Source of the DNA: Antedon mediterranea
Taxonomy: Eukaryota; Animalia; Echinodermata
Assembly (NCBI RefSeq): GCF_964355755.1
Contig: NC_092677.1
Coordinates: forward strand, 6,284,101-6,348,100
DNA: 64,000 nucleotides
Reading direction: 5' to 3'
Made by a program: the position numbers and the translations under genes. The notes under the pieces were generated by a model. It had not been told where the DNA came from and ran no database searches. It worked only from the letters and a program-made list of their open reading frames with translations. Every line of letters starts with the position of its first letter. Positions within the stretch are counted from its first letter, which is position 1. Positions 40,520 through 51,560 of the stretch are shown piece by piece.

Positions 40520-41413
40520 TTATGTAGATTCAGTTGATTGTAATCTAAGGGCGTACATTTTGTTGTAATATGGAAGAGCAGTGTCTATACATGTGTTAAT
40601 ATCATCGTCGAGTTCCGATCGGTTTGGCTCTGGTTTGGAAGTGTGGAAGTTTGAACTGGCAAATGCTTCTTTGAAAAAGTCTGCCTTTTTGTTTCCTTTC
40701 ACTATAATTGTCGATGACTTCCAGGCCTGGGCTACTTCATCGCCCGGTTGCCAATTTAAGAGTTTATCGCTATACTTAATTCCAATACGCTCACAGAACT
40801 GCTTCATAGTTGACTTTGGGTTTGCAAGCAGATCGTCGGAATCTATGATTACTGGGTTTTGTTCAATGTTGCTTTTAACTAAATGCTCGTAAAGTTGAAA
40901 ACTTTCTCCAAATCCGTAATGTTCTGGAATCCATTCGGTAATATCAAGTTCGCATTCTCTGTCTCTTTCTTTTAAAAATCTGCTTAGCATGGCTTTCCAC
41001 GAGACAAACGTCTTGACGGGGTTTCGAATTAGGAACGCATGACGGTAACCCATAGGTAACATATCAAGTTTACCTGTAATAGCAAATGCCATGTCTTTAA
41101 CGAAAATCACCTTCTTTTCGGTGTATTCTGCTTCCATTACATCTTCTTTAATAAATGTATATGTTGCCGTTTCATACTTCCAGCTTGCTTGGTAATCCAT
41201 CTGAACTGCATCTATTGTTTTAATAAACTTATCACTGTCTCTCTCTACTTGGTCGTTGAAATGTATTTGCTTATCTGGTCCATAAAAATATACACTGTTG
41301 TAAGGCTCATTGATGATTTGAACATCATCTAGATTACTCATAGACTTTGTGAATGCAGTAGAAACTGTACGAGGGATACTCCAAAGAATTACACGAACCT
41401 GGTTGTCAGACAT
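40520..41413 (-). CDS. Sulfotransferase-like protein, copy 4
   Basis: Intact 297-aa ORF; 2 aa differences from copy 3. Confidence 0.85.
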   Translation of the reverse strand: MSDNQVRVILWSIPRTVSTAFTKSMSNLDDVQIINEPYNSVYFYGPDKQIHFNDQVERDSDKFIKTIDAVQMDYQASWKYETATYTFIKEDVMEAEYTEKKVIFVKDMAFAITGKLDMLPMGYRHAFLIRNPVKTFVSWKAMLSRFLKERDRECELDITEWIPEHYGFGESFQLYEHLVKSNIEQNPVIIDSDDLLANPKSTMKQFCERIGIKYSDKLLNWQPGDEVAQAWKSSTIIVKGNKKADFFKEAFASSNFHTSKPEPNRSELDDDINTCIDTALPYYNKMYALRLQSTEST

Positions 41414-41717
41414 TGTTTCAATTGTGAAACGTGTTAGTTGAAAAGAAGAAGAAGTAATTTATCCTCAGACGTTCTGCAACCTGTTTTGTATTTCCTATAA
41501 AGATAATAAAATTAGTATAGGCTTCTAGGATTAGGAAAATATACATCGTTGTATCAACATATATGACGTACCGGTAACGCATGCGCGTAGTTTCGGAAAG
41601 TAAAGAACCGCTCGTTCTATTGTACCAATGAAGCATACACGTAAAAGTTGATGGTAATTTAAAGAGTTTGCAGCTCCGAAAGTGTCAACTAAACAAATCT
41701 AGGCTAGGAATAATTAT

Positions 41718-42520
41718 GAGACCTTACCTTGATTGATAACTAGTTAAATACACCAATGTGGCAAATACAATAATGGCTTTTAAGTTTTGCTTGTAGTTAT
41801 ATCCACTAGGCCTCAGTTATCAGAGCTTACCTTGATTGGTTACTCGTTAATTACACCAATGTTGCAGATACAATAATGGCTTTTAAGTTTTGCTTGTAGT
41901 TATATTTTGTAGGACCCAGTTATCAAAGCTTAACTTGATTAGTTACTAGGTAAAATACACCAATGTTGCAGATACTATAATGGCTTTTAAGTTTTGTTTG
42001 TAGTTATATTCCGTAGGCCCCAGTTATCAGAGCTTACCACCTTGATTGGTTACTATAGTTAATTACACGAATGTTGCAGATACAATAATGGCTTTTAAGT
42101 TTTGTTTGTAGTTATATCCACTAGGCCCCAGTTATCAGAGCTTACCTTGATTGGTTACTATTTAAATACACCAATGTGGCAAATACAATAATGGCTTTTA
42201 AGTTTTGTTTGTAGTTATATCCACTAGGCCCCAGTTATCAGAGCTTACCTTGATTAGTTACTAGGTAAATACACCAATGTTGCAGATACAATAATGGCTT
42301 TTAAGTTTTGTTTGTAGTTATATCCACTAGGCCCCAGTTATCAGCTTACCTTGATTGGCTACTAGTTAATTACACCAATGTTGCAGATACAATAATGGAT
42401 TTTAAGTTTTGTTTGTAGTTATATCCACTAGGCCCCGGTTATCAGAGCTTACCTTGATTGGTTATTAGTTAAATGTGGCAAATACTATAATGGCTTTTAA
42501 GTTTCCAGAGCTTACCTCGT
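41718..42520. repeat. 103-bp minisatellite, ~8 units (unit 4)
   Basis: Same repeat. Confidence 0.95.
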
Positions 42521-44407
42521 GGAAGAACAAATTTTGTTTTTAACGAGCCTCCGTTTTAAAATAAAGATTCTATTATTATTATTGTATGTATGTGGCAGAT
42601 ACTATAATGGCTTATGTTGTGCTTGTATGTTAGTTATATCCCGTCATTGACAGCCCTTTAGATACAATAAGTGTTATCTTTGCCTTTATTGAATAAAATA
42701 TCTCAACCACGAGAGTCGTGTCGTAGAAAATAAACACAAATGGTACACATCAGATTACTGTTGTAACTGTGATTACATTCGACTTTGGCTTTTGTGTATT
42801 TTGTTGTAGTCCAGAGATATTATGGTTCACTATGTAATTTTATGAAAATGAAATGAAAAATGTATTAATGAATTGATGAAAAAACACCAGACATTATAGA
42901 TTAAAGTTAAATAGTCTACACTATCAAACGTTATGTGATGTGCCCATATATGGACACGATGATGTCATATCACTATTATATTTGAGAATATCACTGCCAT
43001 ATTTGGGCACATCACACACAAACTAGTTTGATAGGCCTATACAACAAAATGTTTCTAATCTTCAAATCAAATAAAAATTGTTTATTTGAAACAATCAAAA
43101 ATCAATAAAAGAAAGGGGCAATATTTAGAGATGTAAAGGAAACACGTTACCAACTCAAGATAGATAGATTGTGTACAACTAACTATTAGTTGTATAAACG
43201 TAATCTTAACTATCTATTTAAAATTTAACCACTATATTTTTTTTGTCCACACATAATTATAATCGATTAAGCGCCCCATTCAAAATTGACCCGCATACAC
43301 AATTACACACATACATTTACGTTATTATGCCTACAACAGCAACTTGTACTGTGTATCTGTACTAAGATTAAGTTGATAATAAAACTATATTATTACCAAT
43401 ATCTTAATTCAATCTTTGATTTTGGTTCGTTCGTTCCAAAAAGAGAACTTAAATTTAATATATATTATTTATGAAGGTATATCTTTGATTTTGTTTCGTT
43501 CGTTCCAAAAAGAGAACTTAAATTTAATATATATAATTATGAAGGTACTATATATCTTTGATTTTGTTTCGTCCGTTCTAAAAGGAGAATTTAAATTTAA
43601 TTTTTAATAGACGTTTTAGTAGATGTAAAGAAAAGGTTAAATGTAATTTGTTCAGGTCGTTTGGTACTAATCTGTACTGTTGTATGTTATGGTCTGACCA
43701 CACTGTTCAGAATATTAAATCTTTGGAGGTGTGCTACAACAACTCATTGAGAATGTTGCTAGGCTAATTATCTAAGCACTGTAGTGCTAGTAATTATGTT
43801 TGCCACGAGGAGAATTCCCTCTTTCTAAGAGCATGTACGCAAGTGTGTCTATGGCTTTAGATTAAGAATTGTGAATAGTGAAAACGATCTGGTTAGGTGT
43901 AGGCCACCACGAACTATTTGTTCCGATATTCAAATCTCTACACCAAGTAAGGAAAACTCCTATTTTAGTTTGATTTTTCGGTTTTCTATTATTTGTTGTT
44001 GTATATATAGTATGTATGGAATATTTATTCTGAAATAAAGTGATCACATCAAATCATATCAAATTCATATAATTATAAAGGTAGACTTAAACTCAGCCGG
44101 TAGTATGTTGTATATAATATGAACAATAAGAATGTTTCACTACACTCTAAACCACATTTAGAGTGTAGCGCATATTAAAAATACACTGTTTGAAACATTG
44201 TGGTCTTCAATTGGTCAATTTAATGTTTCATTTAGAAGGTGCTAGAATATTGGAACAGTCTACTATAGTTTATAGCAAAATTAGCCTCAAAGAAACGTTA
44301 CCTAGAACAAACATGATTATTTTTTATATTGAAACACGCTTAAGATGAATAACATTATACCAACGTTTAGTATCGGTCTAATACGTCTCTGCTCTACATA
44401 AACAAAG

Positions 44408-44866
44408 ATAGCGAAAAATGGTAAAGATCGGATGGTTGCTTTGGTGCAGTCCACGTAGTACATGGATCCCAGCAAAATATGGATTAGCAGAACGTTTAGA
44501 ATACCACCATTTAATTTCATTTGGTATTGAACAAGGCCATATACATGGCTGCAGTCGCGTGCTCAAGTTAGTGTTTACCGACCAACCAACCGACCGACCG
44601 ACATAGTGAGCTCTAGAGTTACGTTGCACGCGACTAAAAAGACCCGAAAATTTTAGATGCTGATGATCTTCTTGCAAATCCTAAATCAATTCTGAAACAT
44701 TTGTGAACGCACGCGAATAGGATACACCGATGAGGTTGTACAGACGTGGAGTCATCTACGATGCTCATGAAGGGATATAAAGCGTGTGTACATTACTTTA
44801 CTCTTCCCTGATATTACAAAACTGAATTCTCAAGTACTGTTTTCTTCACTGTAAAACCCGAACCCA
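44408..44866 (+). pseudogene. Degraded copy of sulfotransferase-like gene 5 (unit 4)
   Basis: Near-identical to 25597-26055; lies ~0.8 kb upstream of the intact gene 5. Confidence 0.85.
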
Positions 44867-45689
44867 GATTTATCATCTTTAAGCATTATTATTATTTATT
44901 GAGGCAATTAATATACATTTTACAAAACATAATACAAATTAAACAAACACAACGTAAGAAGAAAATAATATATAATTATAGTCACTAGCTGCTAGGAAGG
45001 CACAAAGCAGCATAAGCTACTGTCACCAATAATAATGATAAATTACTAAAAGTTAAAATATTAAAAGAATTATATTAAGACTATAGTTTATGTAAGTGTA
45101 AACTTAATAAAATTGTACATTTAATATACAGTACATACAATTTTTATTATAATATAGGCCTAATAACCAATTATTATGAAGAAACAACTTTAATTATTAA
45201 TAAATTTTTTTATTTACATTAGGCCTATATCCATTTAAAGACTGTTCATTAATGAATTTTTTGTCATTAAATAGTAATTTTATGTATTGACAGACGTTCA
45301 ATAGTGATAATAAACAGATTAATTAAATGAATCTTTGCTACATGATCATAACAACAAGAATGAGCTAGGCCTATGTTCTATCAATGAATAACCTTGATGG
45401 TAATAGTGTTAAGGGTTGTAGTAATAAGAATAATAAAACGTATTGTTTTAGCAAAATACTTGCTTTAGCCTCTCGTTTCATGACAGCCATCAAAACGGGC
45501 ATTAAAACTTTATTTAATTTATTCAGCGGGTAGATATGTAAGTTAATTTCCATCTAGGCCTATTTGGTGATCAATACAATAACACATTTTTATAACCAAT
45601 ATCTACAATATATAACTAAGAAGTTTAACAAGGAAAGCTTTTCGAACGTCTGATATTCCTCAGAAAACATCGCTGTTCTGCAAACAAAG

Positions 45690-46577
45690 ATGGCTGAAAA
45701 CTTTCAAGCTCGGGTGATGCTTTGGTGTATTCCACGTAGTATATCCACGGCATTCACTAAATGTATGAGCCACCTCGATGACGTGCAGATTATAAGTGAA
45801 CCGTACGCTAGTGTATATTTCTGTGGACCTGATAGACAATTGTTTGCTAAAGATGAAATAAACAAGGACAACGACAGTTTCCATGAACTTGCGAACGCTG
45901 TTGAGATGGACTATCAAGCAGGTTGGAAGTCGGATACTGCCACCTACAAGTTCATTAAAGAAGACGTTTTAGAGAGAGAGTACCCAGATAAAAAGGTAGT
46001 TTTTGCCAGAGATATGTCATTTGGAATTACAGGGAAGATAGATATGTTGCCTAAAGGTTACCGCCATGCATTTCTAATTCGTAACCCTACAAAATTGTTT
46101 CCATCTTGGAAAAAAATGCTGAAAAAATTTCCAAATAAAAGTGGCAAAGAAGTAAACTTTGATACAAGTGGATGGCTTCCAGCAAAATATGGATTTGGAG
46201 AAAGTTTAGAACTTTACGAACATTTGGTATCATCTGGTATTGAAACAAATCCAGTCATTATAGATGCTGACGATCTTCTTGCAAATCCTAAATCAATTCT
46301 AAAACAACTTTGTGAACGAACGGGAATAGAATACACCGATAAACTGCTAAGCTGGGATGGAAATGATGGTGTTGTTCATACGTGGAAATCTTCTACGATG
46401 CTCATCAAGGGAAATAAAGCGTGTGACTATTACCAAAACGCGTTTTCAAGTACCAGTTTTGCAACTCCTAAACCCGAACCAAACCGAGCAGAACTCGATG
46501 ACGATGTTAATGCATGTATCGACGCAGCACAACCATATTACGACAAGATGTACGCACTCAGAGTAAAGCCTGAATAA
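45690..46577 (+). CDS. Sulfotransferase-like protein, copy 5 (inverted paralog)
   Basis: 295 aa; WCIPRSISTAF, FLIRNP, IIDADDLLANP; splice acceptor ttcctcag at 45663. Confidence 0.87.
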   Translation: MAENFQARVMLWCIPRSISTAFTKCMSHLDDVQIISEPYASVYFCGPDRQLFAKDEINKDNDSFHELANAVEMDYQAGWKSDTATYKFIKEDVLEREYPDKKVVFARDMSFGITGKIDMLPKGYRHAFLIRNPTKLFPSWKKMLKKFPNKSGKEVNFDTSGWLPAKYGFGESLELYEHLVSSGIETNPVIIDADDLLANPKSILKQLCERTGIEYTDKLLSWDGNDGVVHTWKSSTMLIKGNKACDYYQNAFSSTSFATPKPEPNRAELDDDVNACIDAAQPYYDKMYALRVKPE

Positions 46578-46925
46578 TAATTGTTAACATTACAGATTCG
46601 AATCCAGTCGACAACGTGGTGAAGATTTTATGTCTAGAAATGTCTAATACTTTTGGAAATAAATATATATAATGTATTATAGCTAATGTTTTACCATATA
46701 TGTTAATTAATTCTGAGTTTTTTTTTCTGGTGTCAAATATATAATGTCTTCGTCCGGACAATTATGCGGCTTTTGGTTAGTATATTATTTTTAGATCTGC
46801 TGATCGTTTTTCTAAATGTCTTCGTCCTGCCACAATTATTAGCCAGATTTTCGCGACTTTTGGTAATGAATATAAAATCTTGTTTTTAGATCCTAATTAT
46901 GTACCTTTTGATTATGTAATAGTAT

Positions 46926-47837
46926 ACAAATAATGAATATTTATGAGTGTAATGGTACAAATAATGGCACGAGGTGAATGATGAAAGGTTATATCAACGA
47001 GGCAACGCCGAGTTGATATAACCTTTCATCATTCACCAAGTGCCATTATTTGTACCATTACACGAATACAAAACATTCATTATTTGTTTTATATAACATC
47101 TATATAAATTCTAGTTATTTGAATCAAATAAAAGGTAGCCCTAGCCAAAGCTTACTACATTTCCTTCACACACATTGATTAAAAACAGTAACATTTGGTT
47201 TTTAATAATTTTATATTAAATGTTATATTTATATGGATTTCGTAAACACACCTACTTTTGTGTTAATTATGTCAACAAACGACCAAACAATCCTAGGCCT
47301 AGCAAGGCTAAAACGCCTAGGCTAGGCCTAGCCTAATACTAGCATGGCCTAGGCTAGACCTAGTAGCCTAGTACTAGCTTGGCTGAAAGGCAAAACTTCG
47401 ACAGACAATTGGAACTTATCTAAGCTAATTATGGTTTTTCCAACAATTCCACGTCTTGTAGGGATGTCCCCATTAATTAATCAAAATCCTAAAAACGATC
47501 TAAAGCTAATTTAAATGCCTTTTTGAAAGAAATTAGTACATAATGTCCAAATCGTACACAAATATCTGCTGCTGTTGCATATCTCGCGGTGGTGTTTACA
47601 GATGAAACTGAGACCAAACGACAGGTGGCGCTGTTGTATTACACAGTACAGAGCCATATAGGATAATTTGTGTACTAGATTTTTTTTTCATCCGCGAGAC
47701 GTTTTTTTTTTCGTACACAAAAATGTTTCAAAAAGTACTATTAAACGATCGTTTAATAGTGCGTACTATTGCACGCCATGTGACCCACAATCGTCCAATC
47801 AAATGACAGGAATTTATTTAGGTGTTATATAATAATC
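46926..47837. mobile_element. Palindrome-headed non-autonomous element (possibly Crypton-like)
   Basis: 52-bp inverted arms 46947-46998 / 47012-47063 around a gaggcaacgccga loop; ttatataaca...tgttatataa inverted pair at ~47089 and ~47823. Family assignment is tentative. Confidence 0.5.
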
Positions 47838-48069
47838 GTTAATGGTTCAATATTTAATATATCATTAAGCTAGGCTTCATGTTGAATTTTAAAATAAAAC
47901 ATGTTAGTTGCATATATAATAGTTCTTTCCAATCATTTACCACTCGTGTCGTATACAGTCGTGTCGAATGGCCGAGCTTCCTGGGCGGTTTCTGCTCAGG
48001 TTATAGACACAGATTCAATGTGGGACAAGTAAAGCTACGCGGTTTTCCGTTTACCGCTCGTCTGTGTAA

Positions 48070-48260
48070 AGGGCCTTTCACACCTGCTCCGGCACGGTTC
48101 CGGTCCGGCGACGGCAAATCCAATCGAACGTCAATGTTTCGTTTTTACGCGGCTACGCGCATATCAATTGGTGCTTGGCCGCGTGGAGCGTCGTGAAAAC
48201 GAAAGATTGGCGTTCGATTCGCCGGACCGGAACCGTGCCGGAACAGGTGTGAAAGGCCCT
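48070..48260. mobile_element. Harbinger-type MITE
   Basis: Long TIR agggcctttcacacctg(c/t)tccggcacggttccggtccggcga; TAA context; abuts a second MITE-like piece starting agcgtggttcccactag. Confidence 0.75.
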
Positions 48261-48532
48261 AAGCGTGGTTCCCACTAGAACGCAACGCAGCGACGAATCG
48301 ACGCAAACGGTTGTATTGCGTAATCACAAGTAGGAACCGACGACGCAATAGTGCTGCAAATATCGAAGGTTTGATTTCACGTAGGCGAGGACAAACACAA
48401 TTATTAGAAGGGCATTTGCTTACGTTGCATAGATTGCGTTACGTTGCGTCGGCATTTAGGCTGCCATGTCTAACAACTTGATTGTCCACACCTGCGAAAA
48501 TGTCATCCCAGTTGTGACACACATGTAGGTTT

Positions 48533-48599
48533 ACAAACTGCGGGTAAACTGTATGTGTGATAATATTATTATCACACATAAAGTTTACCCGCAGTTTGT
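48533..48599. repeat. 67-nt near-perfect palindrome
   Basis: acaaactgcgggtaaactgtatgtgtgataata-t-tattatcacacataaagtttacccgcagtttgt; one mismatch. Confidence 0.9.
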
Positions 48600-49114
48600 T
48601 TGTTGTAAGCCGTGGCTAGTGCCAACTCATGTTTAAATTAAGTTTCTTCCTTAAAGGTCGCGTCAGTCAGTAGGCCTACTGCCAATTCAGTTGCTCTCCT
48701 CTGTCCATGACACTGACCAAAGTAGTATTACAAGTTGCTTCTTTGTGTACAATATTATTATCGCTATCGCCGTTAACGTAAAGACAAATTACAAGTAGGC
48801 CTAATAACATTGCAATCACAACTTTTAATATTGATAATAATTCTGTCAAGGATTTGTCAGGATTAGGCCTAATGTAACATTATTATCATAATTGTAATCA
48901 TAATTATTTTACTTTTATTATTATTTAATTTAATTTTACTGTAAACTAATTCTCGTTTTGTGTAATAATAAAAATCCTATTATTATTAAAATCCTATTAT
49001 TATTAAGCAAATTTAACTAATATAAGTAGGTATTAACCGTTTAAAAAAATGTATTCTAAAATATTTTTGCCATAAAGTGGTCTTTTATATATATTATCTA
49101 TAGTGATTGTATTA

Positions 49115-49993
49115 TCATTTGATTTTAGCTCTCAGCTTATATAACTTATTGTAGTATGGTAAACTGGCATCAATACAGTGAATTACGTCTTTTGACAGCT
49201 CAGATCTTGAGGGCGCTGGTGTAGATGTACCAAAACTTTTACTTTCGAAAGCATGCTTATGGAAATTTCCAACCCTGTTCCACTGTAACATTTCTTTCGA
49301 CATTTTCCAATCCATGGTGACGTCATGTCCGCCATCCCAAGACAATAACTTATCCGTATACTGGATGCCAGCAAAGGCGCAAAACTGACGTAATATGGAT
49401 TCGGGGTTCTCTAAAAGATCGTCGGAATCAATAATAAACGGGTTTGGTTCGATTCCTGTTTTCTTTAGGTGCTCATAGAGTTGTAGACTTTCTCCAAAAC
49501 CGTAATCTTCTGGTATCACATTGTTTTTACCAACTTCTAACATTACCTCTTCACCTTCGTTGAATTTATTAAGAAGATTTTTCCAGGAGGGAAATACCTT
49601 TCCAGGATTACGAATCAAAAACGCATGTCTGTACCCATGTGGTAACATATTCAATTTATCTGCTATTGCGTATGACATATCTTTGGCAAAGATTACTTTT
49701 TTATCCGTGTAATCGGCCTCTAAATTGTCTTTTGCAGCAGAGTACGTGAAGTTTTCGGATTCCCAAGCCTCATTACAATTGACTTCGAGTTCAGATGTTA
49801 TCTTATTCATGTTTTCCATCAACTCCAAGATATATTCTGGTTTATCCTTTATGTCCGGGCCCATAAGATAAGCCGCTATATAAGGCTCGTTCATTATTTG
49901 TACATCGTTCAAGTTGCTCATGCATACTACAAAAGCTGTTGATACACTGCGTGGAACGCTCCAAAGCATTACTCGTACTTGTTTTTCTGCCAT
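49115..49993 (-). CDS. Sulfotransferase-like protein, copy 6
   Basis: 292 aa; WSVPRSVSTAF, FAKDM, FLIRNP; acceptor AG at 50000-49999, 5 nt before the ATG. Confidence 0.87.
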   Translation of the reverse strand: MAEKQVRVMLWSVPRSVSTAFVVCMSNLNDVQIMNEPYIAAYLMGPDIKDKPEYILELMENMNKITSELEVNCNEAWESENFTYSAAKDNLEADYTDKKVIFAKDMSYAIADKLNMLPHGYRHAFLIRNPGKVFPSWKNLLNKFNEGEEVMLEVGKNNVIPEDYGFGESLQLYEHLKKTGIEPNPFIIDSDDLLENPESILRQFCAFAGIQYTDKLLSWDGGHDVTMDWKMSKEMLQWNRVGNFHKHAFESKSFGTSTPAPSRSELSKDVIHCIDASLPYYNKLYKLRAKIK

Positions 49994-50476
49994 TTTATCT
50001 ATACAAGATACACAAAAACATTCAATTAAACGATTATTACTGTTAAATAGGCGTTGTATTGAAAATTATATTCTCAGAGTTATTTTCCGTGAACATAGTG
50101 TCAATAAATATTTATTTCAACAGTTTTACAGTTTGTTCATATAATATATATATAATTAACCAGGTTCATGTCAAGAAGTGCAATACTTGTCACGAGATGA
50201 CCCTATAAACAAAAAAGACAAGTAGGCCTACTACAGACTACAATTGCAGAGAAAATGTGATCACAGATCAGTTTTATATGTATATAGAAATATAATGATT
50301 CTTAATTTTGAGGAAAACAGGGAGAGAAATACTATTTGTATGTGAACCAATGCCGTCCCATAGCCGTGGGATAGAGACTGAGTTTGACTACAGTATATAT
50401 CAGTGTACCATCCCACATAACTGGCTCAGCCTATTATTGTGCAAGTTCTGCGGTACATTTCATTTCGGAACCTGAA

Positions 50477-50511
50477 CTGCACTGACGAGATCGAAACAGT
50501 CCTGTCTGCAG
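50477..50511 (+). ncRNA. Type I hammerhead ribozyme motif with minimal stem II
   Basis: CTGCA-CTGACGA-GATC-GAAA-CAG-tc-CTG-TC-TGCAG: stem I of 5 bp, intact core, stem III, GUC cleavage triplet. Confidence 0.65.
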
Positions 50512-50539
<28 letters not shown>

Positions 50540-50546
<7 letters not shown>

Positions 50547-51560
50547 CCAAAGGCAAATTGCTGAAAAAAATGACAATGCTGTGGGTATCAGTGGCTGGAT
50601 CTCAATGGAGATACAAAAATAAAAAGCGAAAAGCTAAATCAAAACGATAAAGTAAACAGCCAGAAAAGTTAGCAGAGCTTCATCAGTGCAAGTGAAGGAA
50701 TTTGGATAACGTCAGAGTATAAAGCTGGCAAGTGCTGCATGGGTGGACAGAAATAAAAGAAATATAACAAAGGGAGCCAGGGTGGAGTCTGAATAAGAGT
50801 GGAAAACAAAGAAGGTAGCTTGGTAGAGATATAAACATTTTTGGAATGAGACTAAAAAACAGCTTAAATGGTGGTTAATATTGAAACTTAAATTTTGGTA
50901 GTCAATGGAATAATTTTACCGATCTGGGAGTATGTTCCTAAGTCCAAAAGGTTTTGTGGTTTTAAGTAGTAATTCCCAGTGGTTTTCTTTGTCTTTGCGA
51001 GTTTTGTCGCTCCATTTGACATCGTGGTCTATTGCAATAACTCTGAAATATATATATATATATAAAGCGAAAAGCTAAATCAAAACGATAAAGTAAACAG
51101 CCAGAAAAGTTAGCAGAGCTTTCGGGCAACACTAGCCCTTCATCAGTGCAAGTGAAGGAATTTGGATAACGTCATAAATGGTGACGATACCTGACACGTT
51201 TCTCGGACAGGCGACGTAATTTATATGTTTAGAATTAATGTTCTGTGCCTGATTTGTTTATATATATATACATATACATATACAGTATATATATTCTAGT
51301 TAGTCTGTGCCTCATGTGTTTTTTTATTTTCTTGCAGTCCACTCAGGCAGCGCCGAGTGTCTGCTTTAGTATTCTCTATTTGTCTAAGTACTCTCACTTG
51401 CACTGATGAATGGCTAGTGTTGCCTGAAAGCTCGGCTAATTCTTCTGGCTGTTTCACTTTTATCGTTTTGATTTAAATCTTTGCTTTTTTTATATCTCTC
51501 TCCAACCACTGACACCGACAGCATTTTATTGTTTTCAGTAATTTGCCTTTGGATTTATAT
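50540..51560 (-). mobile_element. Penelope-like retroelement remnant (GIY-YIG C-terminus, direct and inverted pLTR copies, (TA)n flanks)
   Basis: Minus strand ~51047-50916 translates FRVIAIDHDVKWSDKTRKDKENHWELLLKTTKPFGL. 50623-50713 is repeated at 51063-51174, with an inverted copy at ~51394-51560. Confidence 0.75.
51113..51149 (-). ncRNA. Minimal type I hammerhead ribozyme of a Penelope-like element
   Basis: Minus strand gca-CTGATGA-a-GGGC-tagtgtt-GCCC-GAAA-gc-TC-tgc. Degraded + copy at 51400-51436; stem-II-deleted copy at ~50672-50690. Confidence 0.7.

Larger units (their letters stand above)
21039..45199. repeat. Four-copy tandem segmental duplication (units ~21039-26388, 26389-33460, 33461-39805, 39806-45199)
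   Basis: Near-identical gene, VNTR, MITE, LINE fragment and pseudogene in the same order. The junction ...taattatta|cac(a/t)caggacgt is repeated three times. Confidence 0.95.
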
